From Lama guanicoe (lineage: Eukaryota), in contig MU053754.1 in the NCBI GenBank assembly GCA_013239625.1, positions 62,001 to 126,000 of the forward strand: DNA of 64,000 bases. Direction: 5' to 3'. Positions 36,791 through 48,800 of this stretch are shown here, piece by piece. Position numbers and translations under genes: made by a program. Within the stretch, counting starts at the first letter, position 1. Every line of letters begins with the position of its first letter. The notes under the pieces are model-generated. The model was not told the DNA's origin and searched no databases. It was given only the letters and a program-made list of their open reading frames with translations.

Positions 36791-38858
36791 ACTCTTGCAG
36801 TGATATTCATTTAATTTCTCATTAACCTAAAAATCTCTTTTGTGTCAGGCACGTGTGTCTCCACTTTCTCCCTCAGTGGACAACTTGTCTTTCTGCAGGC
36901 TACTTTGAAATAGTTGAAACATCTCGTAGCATATCCTGTAATAGCAGATTCTTAAACTTTCCCCAGGGTTCTAGATGCCAAATGATACGTTGGTGTATGT
37001 GGAAAGCTAGATGTTTAGCAATAAAAAATCAAAATGCAAACTAAGGTAGCTCTGGGAATAAAAACACAAAAACCCCAAAGCAAAAAGTAATTTTTTTTTC
37101 CTTTTTGCAGATAACACAGGCTTAAAATAGCTTAAACTCATACTTGAAGATAAGAGTAGGAGAAGGCCTTGGCCTAATTAAAATCGCTCCAAAAGATATG
37201 GAACAAACGTTCAACTTTAGTTATCTAAGAGATCATAAATGTAGGGGTTTGCAAATGATAATTAAACTTTAGCCATGGAATTAAAGCCTTAAAAACCAGC
37301 AAAACAATTTGTATGTGTTTGCCCTACCACGTCAATCAAATTGATTGTTTGATTATTCCTTTGTTGTCTGAACTTTTTTTTTTTTTCGCATTTGGGGGAT
37401 AAAAGATATGAAGTAATTTTCCTAAGCTTTGCTGTTCTGAAGAAGGTGTAGGTCTTCTAAGTACAAAGTAGAATCAGTCTGAGCTAAAGTGCTGAGTCTG
37501 GCGTCTAGAATTGAATGCCTGTCTCTTACTCACTTACGAAACTGCTAGACCCATCACAGAGGACTCAACTTTATGTAGATTGTTAGTGAACGGGCTTCAT
37601 CATTTTGTTAACTTTAAAAAGCAACATTCCTTAGCCATGTAAGATGTGGTTATTTGTATAAATGCCTACATACTTTGAGTACGTGGCATTCAGTGGATCT
37701 GGCTCAGAATAGACCTTCACTTGAATAGGTTTATTTTCATACTATTATCAATTTCTTGGTTTTGAAGCCATTTGTTGGCCGTCTTTGATCATTAGCTCTT
37801 TGATACCAGTGCCTCATTCTGTTTAATTCCGCATGGCAGAGAGCCTCAGGAGCAGATCTTCAGAGAAATACATCAACTCTGGCCCAGGTCCCACAGGCTT
37901 TGTCTTGGCAATGTCCATGTATTAGTCAGCTCTTTCCGTAACGATGGTGCGTAACAAGCCAGCCCTACTCAATGGCATAAAAATACACATTTGTTCTCCT
38001 CCTCTCCTACACCACAGACCAAATGTACTCCTCTAAATTTGGTCTTTGGTGTTCCAGTGTGGCTCAGCTGTACGTGATACATTCAGGACCTAGGATCAAG
38101 GGGCAGAGGACACAAGCACCCAGAGGGGCAGGAAGAAACATGTGCTGGTGTTCAGATTTATGCCTGTAACTGTCGTTTCTGTACACATTTCTTTCAGCTA
38201 TGATTGCTGCAGGTATCAGTTGGGATGAAGGCTTTTGCGTGAGTCACAGAGACTCAGATTAAATGTGACTTACGTAATACAGAATGTGACTAGTGTTTAG
38301 ATGGCTTTCTGTTGAGACTCTCTCAGTTCAAACTCCTTCCATCCTGTTTTTTCGGTCATCCTTAGCATGCTGTTTCCCAAGACGATTGGCAAGCTTGTTT
38401 TGGAATTTGGACCATGTTTCACTTTCTTTGCTCATTGGCTAGAACACAGTCACATGACTGAACTGAGCCACCAAGGAGTCTGGTCGATGTAGTCTATATC
38501 AGGGTAGCTCCGTGCTCTGACAGTCATTCTATAATTAGGAAAGAAGTGCAGAATAGACATCGGCATGCCACTGGCAGCCTCCACGACTCTCCCTAATGAC
38601 TTACATTCCAGCCCCTTTCAGTATTGTCTCCACTGTGTTCTTTTAATGTCAGACTAGGTCCACGAGGGGAAAATGATGATCTCCGTTGACAGGTGAGGAA
38701 AAAAAAAAGTACTTTAGTTGAGGGAGTTGTTGTCAGTGGGTGGATAAAGCAGTGAAGGAATTCTAGGCAGAAGGTAGGGAGCCAAGGAAGGGAGGGAGAA
38801 ATCATATGTTATTTCTACCAGTTGCAAACGTTTTGACCTTCTGGTGTCTGCCTGTTGG

Positions 38859-38911
38859 TATGTGTGTATGTCTGTGTGTGTGGGTGGGTGTGTGTGGGTG
38901 TGGGTGTGTGT
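38859..38911. repeat. Imperfect GT/GGGT microsatellite
   Basis: Interrupted (GT)n run. Confidence 0.85.
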
Positions 38912-39739
38912 TTGAAGATGCTTTCATGTGTGTTAATTATGAGGGCTGAAAATTAGTACTGTGGTTGAGAAGGCAGGCATTGAAAGGTTTCAATAAAGGG
39001 TCTTCCCAGAAATTAAACTAGAGCCGCAGCCTCTTTGTTGAACCCTCTTGGTGCCTACAGAGTGTACGTGGTTCAGTTGGGCGATGAACAGGAAAGTACA
39101 AGGTTTTGTCCTTGAGGCAAGTCAGTCACTATGTCACTGTGTAGACAAGCGATGCTCAAACCTGGTTTCTTGGAAGGGACAAAACACCCCACTCTGTACA
39201 ATATTCTGCCAAATGCAGAGATGCTCCCTTGTGCTTCGGGGACTTAGACTAGACTTTTGTGGTTCAAAGAAGAAAAGTAGAGACTGTGCTGGGAATCTCC
39301 CTTCCAGGATTGAGAGCACCATTTTTACAAAAGGCTCATGTGTCTCCCGGGATGCAGGAGGAAATGACCCTTCTCGAGAGGTGGCCGGCTCCCACTTCTT
39401 CCCGGCCCCTGTCCTGCTCCCCTCTGCGCTAAGTGTCTTTGCCAGAGGCTTGAGTATCATGTCCCAGGGCAAATTTCAATCCCGTGGGGACTGTAAGTGA
39501 ATTCAAGCAGTAGCGGATGCAAGAAATGGGTTTCTGTCTCGAGATGTGACGTCTGTACCAAGCTGTAGGTCTCTGAGGAAAGGCGTCTGTTCCTTCCTCG
39601 TCCTTACGCACACTGAGGCACCATGTGAAACGCTCTGCAATTAAGTAAGCGATCGCAGGACGGGAGCACAGGTCTTTAAATCTCATGCATGACAGTGAGT
39701 GCTAGATGGGTTTTGAGGAGACCACTCTACCTAGAACTC

Positions 39740-40452
39740 TTTTCTTTTTTTAACTGCAGTACAGTCAGTTACAGTGCGTCAGTCTGGTGTGCAGCACAGT
39801 CTCCAAGTCATGCACATACATACATATATTGGTTTTCATATTCTTTTTCATCAAAGATTACTATAAGATATTGAACACAGTTCCCTGTGCTATACAGTAG
39901 GACCTTGTTGTTTATCTGTTTTATATATAGTGGTTAGTATCTGCAAATCTTCAACTCCCAATTTATCCCTCCCACAACCCCTTTCCCGCTGTGCTAACCG
40001 TTAAGTTTGTTTTCTATGTCTGTGACTCTGTTTCTGTTTTGTAAATAAATTCACTTGTGTCCTTTTTTTTTTAGATTCCACATATGAGTGATATCATATG
40101 GTATTTTTCTGTCGTTTTCTAGCTTCACTTAAAATGACTATCACTGGGTCCATCCATGTTGCTGCAAATGACACAATTTCATTCTTTTTTATGGCTGAGT
40201 AGTATTCCACTGTATAAATATACCACAACTTCTTTATCCAGTTATCTGCCAATGGACATTTAGGTTGCTTCCACATCTTGGCTACTGTAAATAGTGCTGC
40301 TATGAACATTGGGGTGTACATATCTTTTCAAATTAGAATATATGGCCAGGAATAGGATTGCTGGATCATATGGTAGGTATATTTTTAGTTTTTTGAGGAA
40401 TCTCATACTGTTTTCCATAATGGCTGCACCAAACTGCATTCCCACCAGCAGT
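39740..40452 (-). mobile_element. L1 3' portion (ORF2 end, 3' UTR, tail)
   Basis: Minus-strand frames RFLKKLKIYLPYDPAI and TPMFIAALFTVAKMWKQPKCP..DNWIKKLWYIYTVEYYSAIKKNEI.SFAATWMD; T-rich tail at the left. Confidence 0.93.
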
Positions 40453-40469
40453 AACAGTAGCTAATCTTG

Positions 40470-40547
40470 GGGAGAGGGAGGGAGGCGAATCTAGAACCTC
40501 GTGCATGCTAAGCATGCGCTCTACCACTTGAGCTATACCCTCCCCCC
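40470..40547 (-). mobile_element. tRNA-Ala-derived SINE head, tailless
   Basis: gaacctcgtgcatgctaagcatgcgctctaccacttgagctataccctcccccc; TSD AACA(G/C)TAGCTAAT(C/T)TTG at 40453-40469 and 40548-40564. Confidence 0.88.
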
Positions 40548-40592
40548 AACACTAGCTAATTTTGATTGACAGCTAGTTTTGCGTGACAATTT

Positions 40593-40596
<4 letters not shown>

Positions 40597-40632
<36 letters not shown>
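40597..40632. repeat. (TA)18 microsatellite
   Basis: Perfect TA run. Confidence 0.95.
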
Positions 40633-40638
<6 letters not shown>

Positions 40639-40639
40639 A

Positions 40640-40860
40640 TTAGCTAACGTGTATTGCCTACATCCTGGGTACCAGGCGCTCTTTAAAAGCTTTCTGTGTA
40701 TTGACTCTGTCACTTCTCAAGAAGCATTATGAGGTGTTTCACCCCCACTCCCCAGATGTGGAAACTGAGACCTGGAAATGACAGTCCCTTGCCTTAAGCC
40801 ATCACCTAGGTAAGGGTTAGAGCTGCCATCTGCAGCTTGGCAGTGTGGCTCAGATGTCAC
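40640..40860 (-). mobile_element. MIR SINE remnant
   Basis: tatgaggtgtttcacccccactccccagatgtggaaactgagacc...cttgccttaagccatcac. Confidence 0.65.
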
Positions 40861-41289
40861 ACTGTCAGCCTGTGAATTAGCCACCCATCAGAGAGACTCC
40901 CAGGAGCACATTAGGTTGTACATTACGTGGAAGGAAATATGAGTTTTATACATGGTGTCCTTGGTGTGTTTACTGGTCGAATTATGCTGTAGGATCCTCG
41001 ACTGTCCTAGAACAGGGTCGGACTGGCGTTCCGTTAAGATGTCTGTTGATACCAAGCCAGGGGTTTCCAGTGACTCAGCCGATGAATGCTGTTGGAGATT
41101 GTCGGATATTGCCAGAGAGAGGGCAGCTCTACCAGAGAAAGAAAGGAAGTGGCACGTATGGGGGGACAGTGGCAGCGGTGTGAGGACCAGGAGCACGTCA
41201 CTAAGCAGGAGCGCTGTTCCCTGGACTGTAGCTGGGACGAGGTGTGGTTTTGACTGAGTCGGGTCAAGGCAGCTCTCCCCTCTGGACAA

Positions 41290-43130
41290 AATCCTCACTC
41301 ACGTTCTTACCCCGTATTCTGCAGGGGTCATCCTTCCCTGGGCAGACGCTCGCTCCTTCTCTCGTTGTCTCAGAGAACACGGGCTTGCCCACTACTGCAC
41401 CTGCTCTTAAAACTCCACATCTACCAGTGCTGCAGCCCTCTACTCACCTCCTCTCTGCGAGGTGGACATACCTACCGCCTTGGAGGGTTATGATATGGTG
41501 TGATCAAGACACACACGCTGGCATATCAGAGTGATCGCAGTATCTAGACCGTACGCCCCACACTCGTTTGTTCACACTCTTTGGCATCCACAAATGCCCC
41601 ACACCCTTGGCCCGCCCCCTGCTAGACCTTGTGTCCTTACTGCACGGTCTGTCCCATTCCCCAAGGCAGCAGCTGTTCACACACTATTTTCTTGTCTCTA
41701 TCCCTGGTCCCCTCCTCTCTCTCTCTGACTCTTACCGAACTGAGAACACGGTCTTCTGTGGACCGGCACGTCTACCAGCTTTTGCACTTTCCACGTTGAC
41801 TGTGCTCTGTGCCCTTGCGTTGTCCTTCCATCTTGGCAGGCTCCTCCGAAAGGTCACTGGTTCTGCTGGGCTCTCCTGCTCTTGAATCCATGCACGGCCC
41901 CCTCTCTCTGGGATCCTGACCCACCACCTGCATGTGTCTTCTGTAGCTCTAGCCTCTTCCTTTCCACCGAATTTCCCTCCCCTAGACATTCCCTTCGGCC
42001 CTCCTTACCTGGCACGCTAACGCTTCATCCCTTTCTTGGTTGCGTCTCAAAGCCCTGCTACATCATAGTGCAGAAGGGCACCTGTGTGGTTTGGCTCCTG
42101 CCTCTCTGGCCCGCCCTCCAACGCTGGACCGCAGCGCCTTCTGTGCTGTCCACTTGGAACTCTCCTTTCAAAGGCCCCTAGTACCCTGTGCGTCGCCCAC
42201 TCAAGTGGCCTCCTTTCAAGTTCATTCTAGTGGAATTCTCCATGCCACGCGGCACGGCCAAGCAGCTCTACTTTTTAAAACCCTCCTTGTGGGTCTTGGG
42301 AACCAGTCATTCCAAGTTCGCCTCCAAGCTCATTAGATCACTCATTTTCCTTTGAGGAATTCTCTGTTTTCCCACCCTTTGTCCCTCATCCGACCCCCTG
42401 CTCCCTTTGTATGAAGTCTCGGACTTTCCGCTAGAACTCTCTGATCTCCCATTTTCTGTTCACTCCTGGCTGTCACGGCTTCCTCACAGCCCCCTCCTCT
42501 ATGAGCTCTAACTTTACCTGAAACCACAGTCAGTGGTATACATTGCTCACTACACGCTTTAAACCCAGCACATCCCGAACAGATTAATTAACTTCGCCTT
42601 GCCCTGCGGGAAAGGAAAGAAAAGAGACTACACGCAGCCCGACTCTTGCTCATAGCTAATTGCATTACCATCCTCTGCGTCCTCTAGCCTCAAAATGTGG
42701 AGGTCACCTTTTCTCTCTTCCTCAACTCTTCATGTAATTTTTACCGAGTCGTGTTGATTCCCCTTTAGAAATGTCTCTTGAACGGGCCCACATTTATTGA
42801 TTCCAGGGGCCACTCTCTTGTTTCCAGGACTTGTCATGTCTTGTCTGGATTATTCCTGACTGGTCATCCTTCCTACGGCTTCTTGCCCACGCCAGTCTGT
42901 TCTCCCGACAGATGCTGGTCCTTTCGTTCTGCATACTCATTCCCGAGCCTTATCCTCCTGTCTCTCGTTGGCTCTTCTCTCTGTATTTCTTATGTTTTAT
43001 CCACATCAGGTAACTTGCCTTTTCCTCTGCTTGGTCACGGCCATGTACCTTCGCTCATGGTAACAGAGCTTGCGGACCGGAATGTCTTTTCTCCTCTGCT
43101 CCCCCGCCCGCCCCCTACTGAAGTTTTCTC
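41290..43130 (+). mobile_element. Degenerate LINE2 remnants
   Basis: Long pyrimidine-rich tract with L2-like phrases (cttcctcaactcttcatg...agtcgtgttgattcccc...tggattattcctgactggtcatcct). Boundaries uncertain. Confidence 0.45.
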
Positions 43131-43134
43131 ATCC

Positions 43135-43736
43135 TGTCATTAAACAGTGATCGCGAACTTAGCAGCTCCAAAGGTCACACATTTATTATCTCACAGGTGT
43201 TGCAGGTCAGACGTAGAAGAGACAAGGTGGCTTTGTTTCTCTGCTCTGGGTTTCCTAAGGGTAAACTCAAAGTGATGGATGGATGGAGATGCACTCTGGA
43301 GTTTCGGAGGGAGAATCTGCTTTCAGACCCTTTCAGGTGGTTGGCAGAATTCAGTTCCTTCTGGCTGTAGGACTGAGTTCCATAGCTTCTTGCTGGCTGT
43401 CAGCTGTGGAGCCATTCTGAGCTCCTCATGGCCCCCCATGTTCTTGCCACATCGCCCCTTCCATCTTTAAGCGAACAACAACACACCGTGTTCCTGCCAT
43501 GCTTCTCCTGACACATCTCTCCCACTCCAGCTGTAAAAAGTTCTCTGCTTTTTAGTATTCATGTGATTGGATTGGGCCAAACTCTATAATGCAGGATTAT
43601 CTCCATATCGTAAGGTCTGTAAACTGGATTACATCTGCAGATGTCATTGTCACGTAACTTGACATGTCCATGAGTTCAGGGGATTAGGGTGTGGACATCT
43701 TTGTGTGGGTGGTGGGGGAGCATTCTGCTCACCACA
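43135..43736 (-). mobile_element. MaLR solo LTR (MLT1E-like)
   Basis: cacacatttattatctcacag...ggttggcagaattcagttcctt...atgtgattggattgggcc...gggattagggtgtggacatctttg...cattctgctcaccaca. Confidence 0.8.
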
Positions 43737-44109
43737 AAAACCCAACGATTTTTCACAACACAGATTCCGTCTCTGTAAGGCGACGTTGCTCTGCTGCGTC
43801 CTATGAGGTGTTATTATAACATTGCACTTACTCATGTCTTCTTCATGCAGGATCTCACTTTACACAATATTTAATTTATAGGAGCTTGTTTGTAAGTCTG
43901 CTTCTGAACCAACAATGATAAATTCCTCAGAACTCACGAAACACACTCTGATCACCTTGATATTCGTAGGTAGAATCCAGCATAGAGGCCTCATGCATTT
44001 GTGAAATAAATTAAGAGGGTTGTACAATATTTCAGTGACACTTTCTTAAACACTTGCTAGATCTGAAGCACTTTGACCTCTGGATCAGGAGCAATTGAAG
44101 GTATCAATA

Positions 44110-44279
44110 GAGGGAGGGTGTAGCTCAGTGGTAGAGCCCGTGCCTAGCATGCTCAGCGTCCCGGGTTCAATCCCCAGTCCCTCCATTAAAAATAATAAAT
44201 GTAAATAAATAACCTAATTCACCCTCCCCACCAAAATAAACCAAAAAATAGTAACAAAAATTTTAATTTTTTTTAAATA
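44110..44279 (+). mobile_element. tRNA-Ala-derived SINE (Vic-1 type), long form
   Basis: Head plus tail; TSD AAG(G/A)TATCAATA at 44098-44109 and 44280-44291. Confidence 0.9.
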
Positions 44280-44369
44280 AAGATATCAATAAATATGATC
44301 AGTGAGTCTTCGTAAGTGTTACACACATCAAGACCTGCTCTGACTTACAGAGAAACAGAAGTGCCCCCC

Positions 44370-45876
44370 CACACCCATTGCGTTCAATATTAAAAATGAT
44401 TGGTGATCCCACAGAAATTTTATTCCTAGAGGTTGTATCTATTGATGTTTCCCAATTAGAAATTAAAACAGAGATGCTTAAAAATATTTAGACATTCATT
44501 TAAAAGTAACAGTAATAAACCAATGTTACATTAACATTAAAAACATGCCTAAAAATAGCTATATTTTCCTAAATAAAAGAAAATTGTTAAATGTGGCATT
44601 CTTTTTTTTTTTACGTTTTTGCAGATCTTTATAATGTCTGTTGTTACTATCATATAATTTAATTATTTTATTTTGTCAGGTAGGGGGAGGTAATTAGGTT
44701 TATTTCCTTTCAGAGAAGGGACTGGGGGTTGAACTTGAGCTGTACCCTCCCCCTTGTAATGGTTGTTTTTAATAATAGCTGGATTTTCATAGCAGCTGAT
44801 GCACCCAATATGTTGCATTAGGTTGTTTGGGTTGGTGTGTTAAGAAAATCTACTTTCCCACAAATATGTTGTTGGAAAAAAATAGGTAGTTAAGTAATCT
44901 TGGGCATTTGTCTTTAATACTACACCAAAACTCAACACGGATAGATTCTTACAGGTTAATTAAAAGTCTGATCTGAACCTATATCAAGATATCTTTTTTC
45001 CTCTGTGACATTAAAATCCATTTTTTTTATCTTGTACTTAACATGCACCTTTTATCCATGCATGATTCTGGATCATGCTGCATTAATCATTTTGAACACG
45101 TCGGTTCACTAAGTTACGCAGGACTTCCAAATACTCACCCATTTCATTGCACAAAATGAAAAACTCACGTTTATTAGCATCACGACTGATTTTATTAGGA
45201 ACGGATTTGAGTTTGGGGAGCCCATCAGGTTCCTATTGGCAGATACATGATTTCTAAAAGGGATTTTTCCTTGAAGTTTTGAATTTGTCATGGACAACAG
45301 ATGCCGTCAGGTGCTTTCCGTGAAGTGGCAGGTGCACTTTGTTCATTTGTGAGAAAATATTTGCCAGATACCCACGTCTGAGTTGCCATAGGTTGTCTGT
45401 CAGTCACTCTATCAAGTAAGAATGGTCACTGCCACTTCACCTTGCTACTCAAACAAACGTCAAGCATCATTATTTTTTTTTCCTGGAGGCAAACATCAAA
45501 CATCATTGTGCAGGAAAAGAGCTTCGTGTGGAACTCCCAGTTCTTCACACAGAATATTGAAAAGGGAAGTCCTCAAGAGAGATTTAAGAAAACGGACAAT
45601 GTTTACCACTTCGTCCGCAAACATTCTGAAGTGAAACTGGCACTCTTTTCTTGCACAGCATGGCCGCGATGGATGTACAGTCTGGGGTCACGGCCTTGAT
45701 CACTGCTCAGGTGCCAAGGGTTTTCCCTACGTTTGCACCATCAGTGCAACGGTGAACGAGGTGAAGACGGTAAATGACGCTTCTGTATTAATAGGAAGGT
45801 GGATATATTCTCAGGGACCCTGTGAAACGTCACCCAGACTACCCGGGGTCCGAGGTCCACACTTGGAAAACCTCCG
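44370..45876 (-). mobile_element. hAT DNA transposon fossil, Charlie1/Charlie1a-like, near full length
   Basis: Minus strand retains the transposase motifs CTDGA (45734-45748) and LFLHNDV*CLPPGK (about 45478-45519; compare hAT LLLHTEVRWLSRGK). Charlie-type terminus ggtccacacttggaaaacc at the right end. Strand is that of the transposase remnant. Confidence 0.85.
44655..44753 (-). mobile_element. tRNA-Ala-derived SINE with internal deletion, nested in the Charlie element
   Basis: gggggaggtaattaggtttattt...actgggggttgaac|ttgagctgtaccctccccc. Confidence 0.85.
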
Positions 45877-48800
45877 TCCTGGAATATGCCAAGCCATGTC
45901 CTCGAGTGACGCTTGAAGAGGTGACAAAACTCAGCGTCTACTGACCCCGGAGTTCCTGTGCCCTGACCCATCAGGTCTGCAGCCGACAGTCAGCTCATCG
46001 TAGGGTTTCTGTCCAACCTCTTCTCTGACGCCAAAACTAAGCCAAACTTCTCCAGTCAGAAGGAAACTTACCACTGGCTACTTCCGTGTGAATCCAACCC
46101 GGGTCTTCAGAGCCACTTGGGTTTTTATTGGGTTTTTAATATTATTGTTTCCAATTAATTGACTTGTAGCGTCTTCATTCTTTTGTAGCTTTTAGTCATT
46201 TACTTACCATAGTCTTTCTGTGTCAGCCACGGATGTATGTCCTGGTAGTTTTGCCAATGCCTCTCTGTCCAGCTGGATTCCATACCTCTTTGCGGAGTGT
46301 GTACGCTTCCTAGTGTATTACACTAGACTTTGAAAGGTTCAGCACTGGTTCAATAAAGAAATATGTACCATTGAATGAAACTACAAAGAAAATAAAGGTG
46401 GAGTTAAGCATAGAAAGCCCAAGGAGGGTGCACATACCCTTGTGTTTGTCATAGCAAAGGAGGGAAGTGGAAAGAAAAATCGAAATCATCTTTTAGTTCT
46501 GTTCTCCTGAAGCACACCTTGAAGGGCTCATAGACGTGCACACTAGTGGCAGCATGAGCGATTATAAATAGAAGTGGTACTAGAGAGAGAGAGAGACGGG
46601 GAAATGAAGATTGATTGAATGCCTCCACAAGCAAGCGTTTCTTAAATGTTCTTTAATCAACCCAGTTTACGTTGGGGAGTGACCTTAAAAGGTCGCTGTG
46701 TGTGTGAACATTCATGGCCCAACCACATCCCCATTGAAAGCATGGTGTGCGTCACGTGGACTGGAGGCTTGTGTCAGCTCCTGACTGTGGACCGTTTTCC
46801 ATCCCCGGGTGCATCACTCCGCCTCTGCCCAAGACCTCAAGTCCCTGGAGGCCTTCTCTGTATGGAAGCACCGACTTCTCCCCATCTTCTCTGCATCCTG
46901 GCCAAGACGGGAGCGCTCTGGGGTTCCAGGAACCAGGCGGTGGTGGTGATATGGAGCCCCCCAACGTCGCTCTGAGGCTCAGTTCCCTCTTCCACGAGAC
47001 GGGAATAAAACCGGTTATGGCCCAAGAGTGCTGTAAACATTAGAAAAAAATGTTTGCAGCACCTTTTGCCCATGGTAGGTACTCAATAAGTGTACGTGCT
47101 GTTTTTCTAAAGCCCTTTCTATGCCTCACATACCCATGGTCCCCTTTCATTGCTCTCTGAGAAATGGATTTTCTGAAAAACTCTATTATCCCTGTGACTC
47201 AACCCGTTCCTGCAAGATAATATTCTCAGAGGAATTCCGTTTGTCACTGGTGGCGCTAAATGACATCTCCTTGTCTCCCCGACACAACTTTACCCTGGAC
47301 GCATCTGCTTATCCGGCCGTGTGCTTCCATCCACACCTGGGGAGGGGGGCTTTAAGGTTGTGGTGGTCATTTCTTCTTCGTAAACGCTTCCTGGGACAAG
47401 CCCCTCCAGGAGGTGTCCTTTTGGGTGACTGTCCACGGCATGCGGGTCTGGAAACCCTCAGGAAGAGTGACAGCGCCTGCGCCCCACACTGTCCTGATGG
47501 TCTCAGTCCCACCGTTCAGGGAGCCGAGGTAAATGTGGCACAGTTGGGCGGTCCTGCAGACAATCCCCCTTGAATACTCAGGGTGGATGTCTGCTTCCAA
47601 ATTCTCCGGCCCCTTCTTGCCCTTCCTTTGTGCGGCATTTCAAAAAGAAATGAAAGAGATTAAAAGAGAGAGAGAGAGTGCTTTAGTGGGTTTCTGTAAT
47701 GACTATGCATTATTAATTTTCTTAACCAAAAAAGGGAAAAAAAAAAAACAACCATGTGCATGTCAAGATCGATTCGAATTCTTAATGGAGATTTAATTTC
47801 AGGGTTGTCGCACCACGGCTTCTACCCAACAGAACGGATTGTTGGAAGAAATGACTCACTGCGTACTAGTTACACTGATTCTTACACATGAACATCGTGC
47901 CTAATGGTCTCAGACAAGCTGCCTGGGAACTGTGTGTCAACACATCCATTTACACGTGTTTTCCCTAATTGAAATTAATTGGAATAAATATATGTCAAAG
48001 AGTTAAACTCAGTAACCTAATTTTAATGGAACGATGGAGCTGTTCTTCTGACGCCGGAGCCTGGCTGGGTTTTTTTCTTTCTTCCTTTACATTGGTCCTT
48101 TGACTGTGCCTTTTAAGGACAGTGTGTGTTTCATATCCTGGGTTTTCAAATCTCCCAGAAGTCAGGTAAGATTCAGGAGGTGTCTGCAAAAACAGGAAAA
48201 CAGCTTGTGTATTTGAGCAAGTCATGGAAGCAGTGACGGCAGAGAGCCATTAAGTCCTTAAAATGAATGGGTGGCTGTTACGTGGAGTAATTGTCCCATT
48301 GATGTTGAATAAATATGTCTGAAATGAATAAAACTCACAGGTGACGCTTTTTGACCTTGTCATTCTGCGCTCGTATAAACACAGCCACAGACAACTGACA
48401 GGCAGGCTCCAGAAGTTCTTAGGACCTCCTGCATAGTCGTGAACTCCTGTGTCAGCACGAAGCCCATTGTTGGCAACGACCTTGCAGAGGGCGCATATGA
48501 CTCCTGTGTGCAAGCTGCTTAGCAGAGTGTCCGCTGTCTTCTCAGTCGAACGTGTTAACTAGTGTCCCGTGGGATAGCCTCTGTGGTCCTGCAGAAGTTG
48601 TGCCCGCAGAATTTGGAATGCATTACGTGTGATGGGGTCAGATTCCTCTGCTACACTGTGGTGCTCATATAAACCAAATGACTCTGTTTCGCCCAAAGTT
48701 CCATCTACTGATGGCCAAGGAGATTGAGGGGAAATCTGTGCACCAAGGGAAACCGTGCTGAAGCCAACGTGGTCTTGCCACGTTAAGCACTCGTGTTGAC

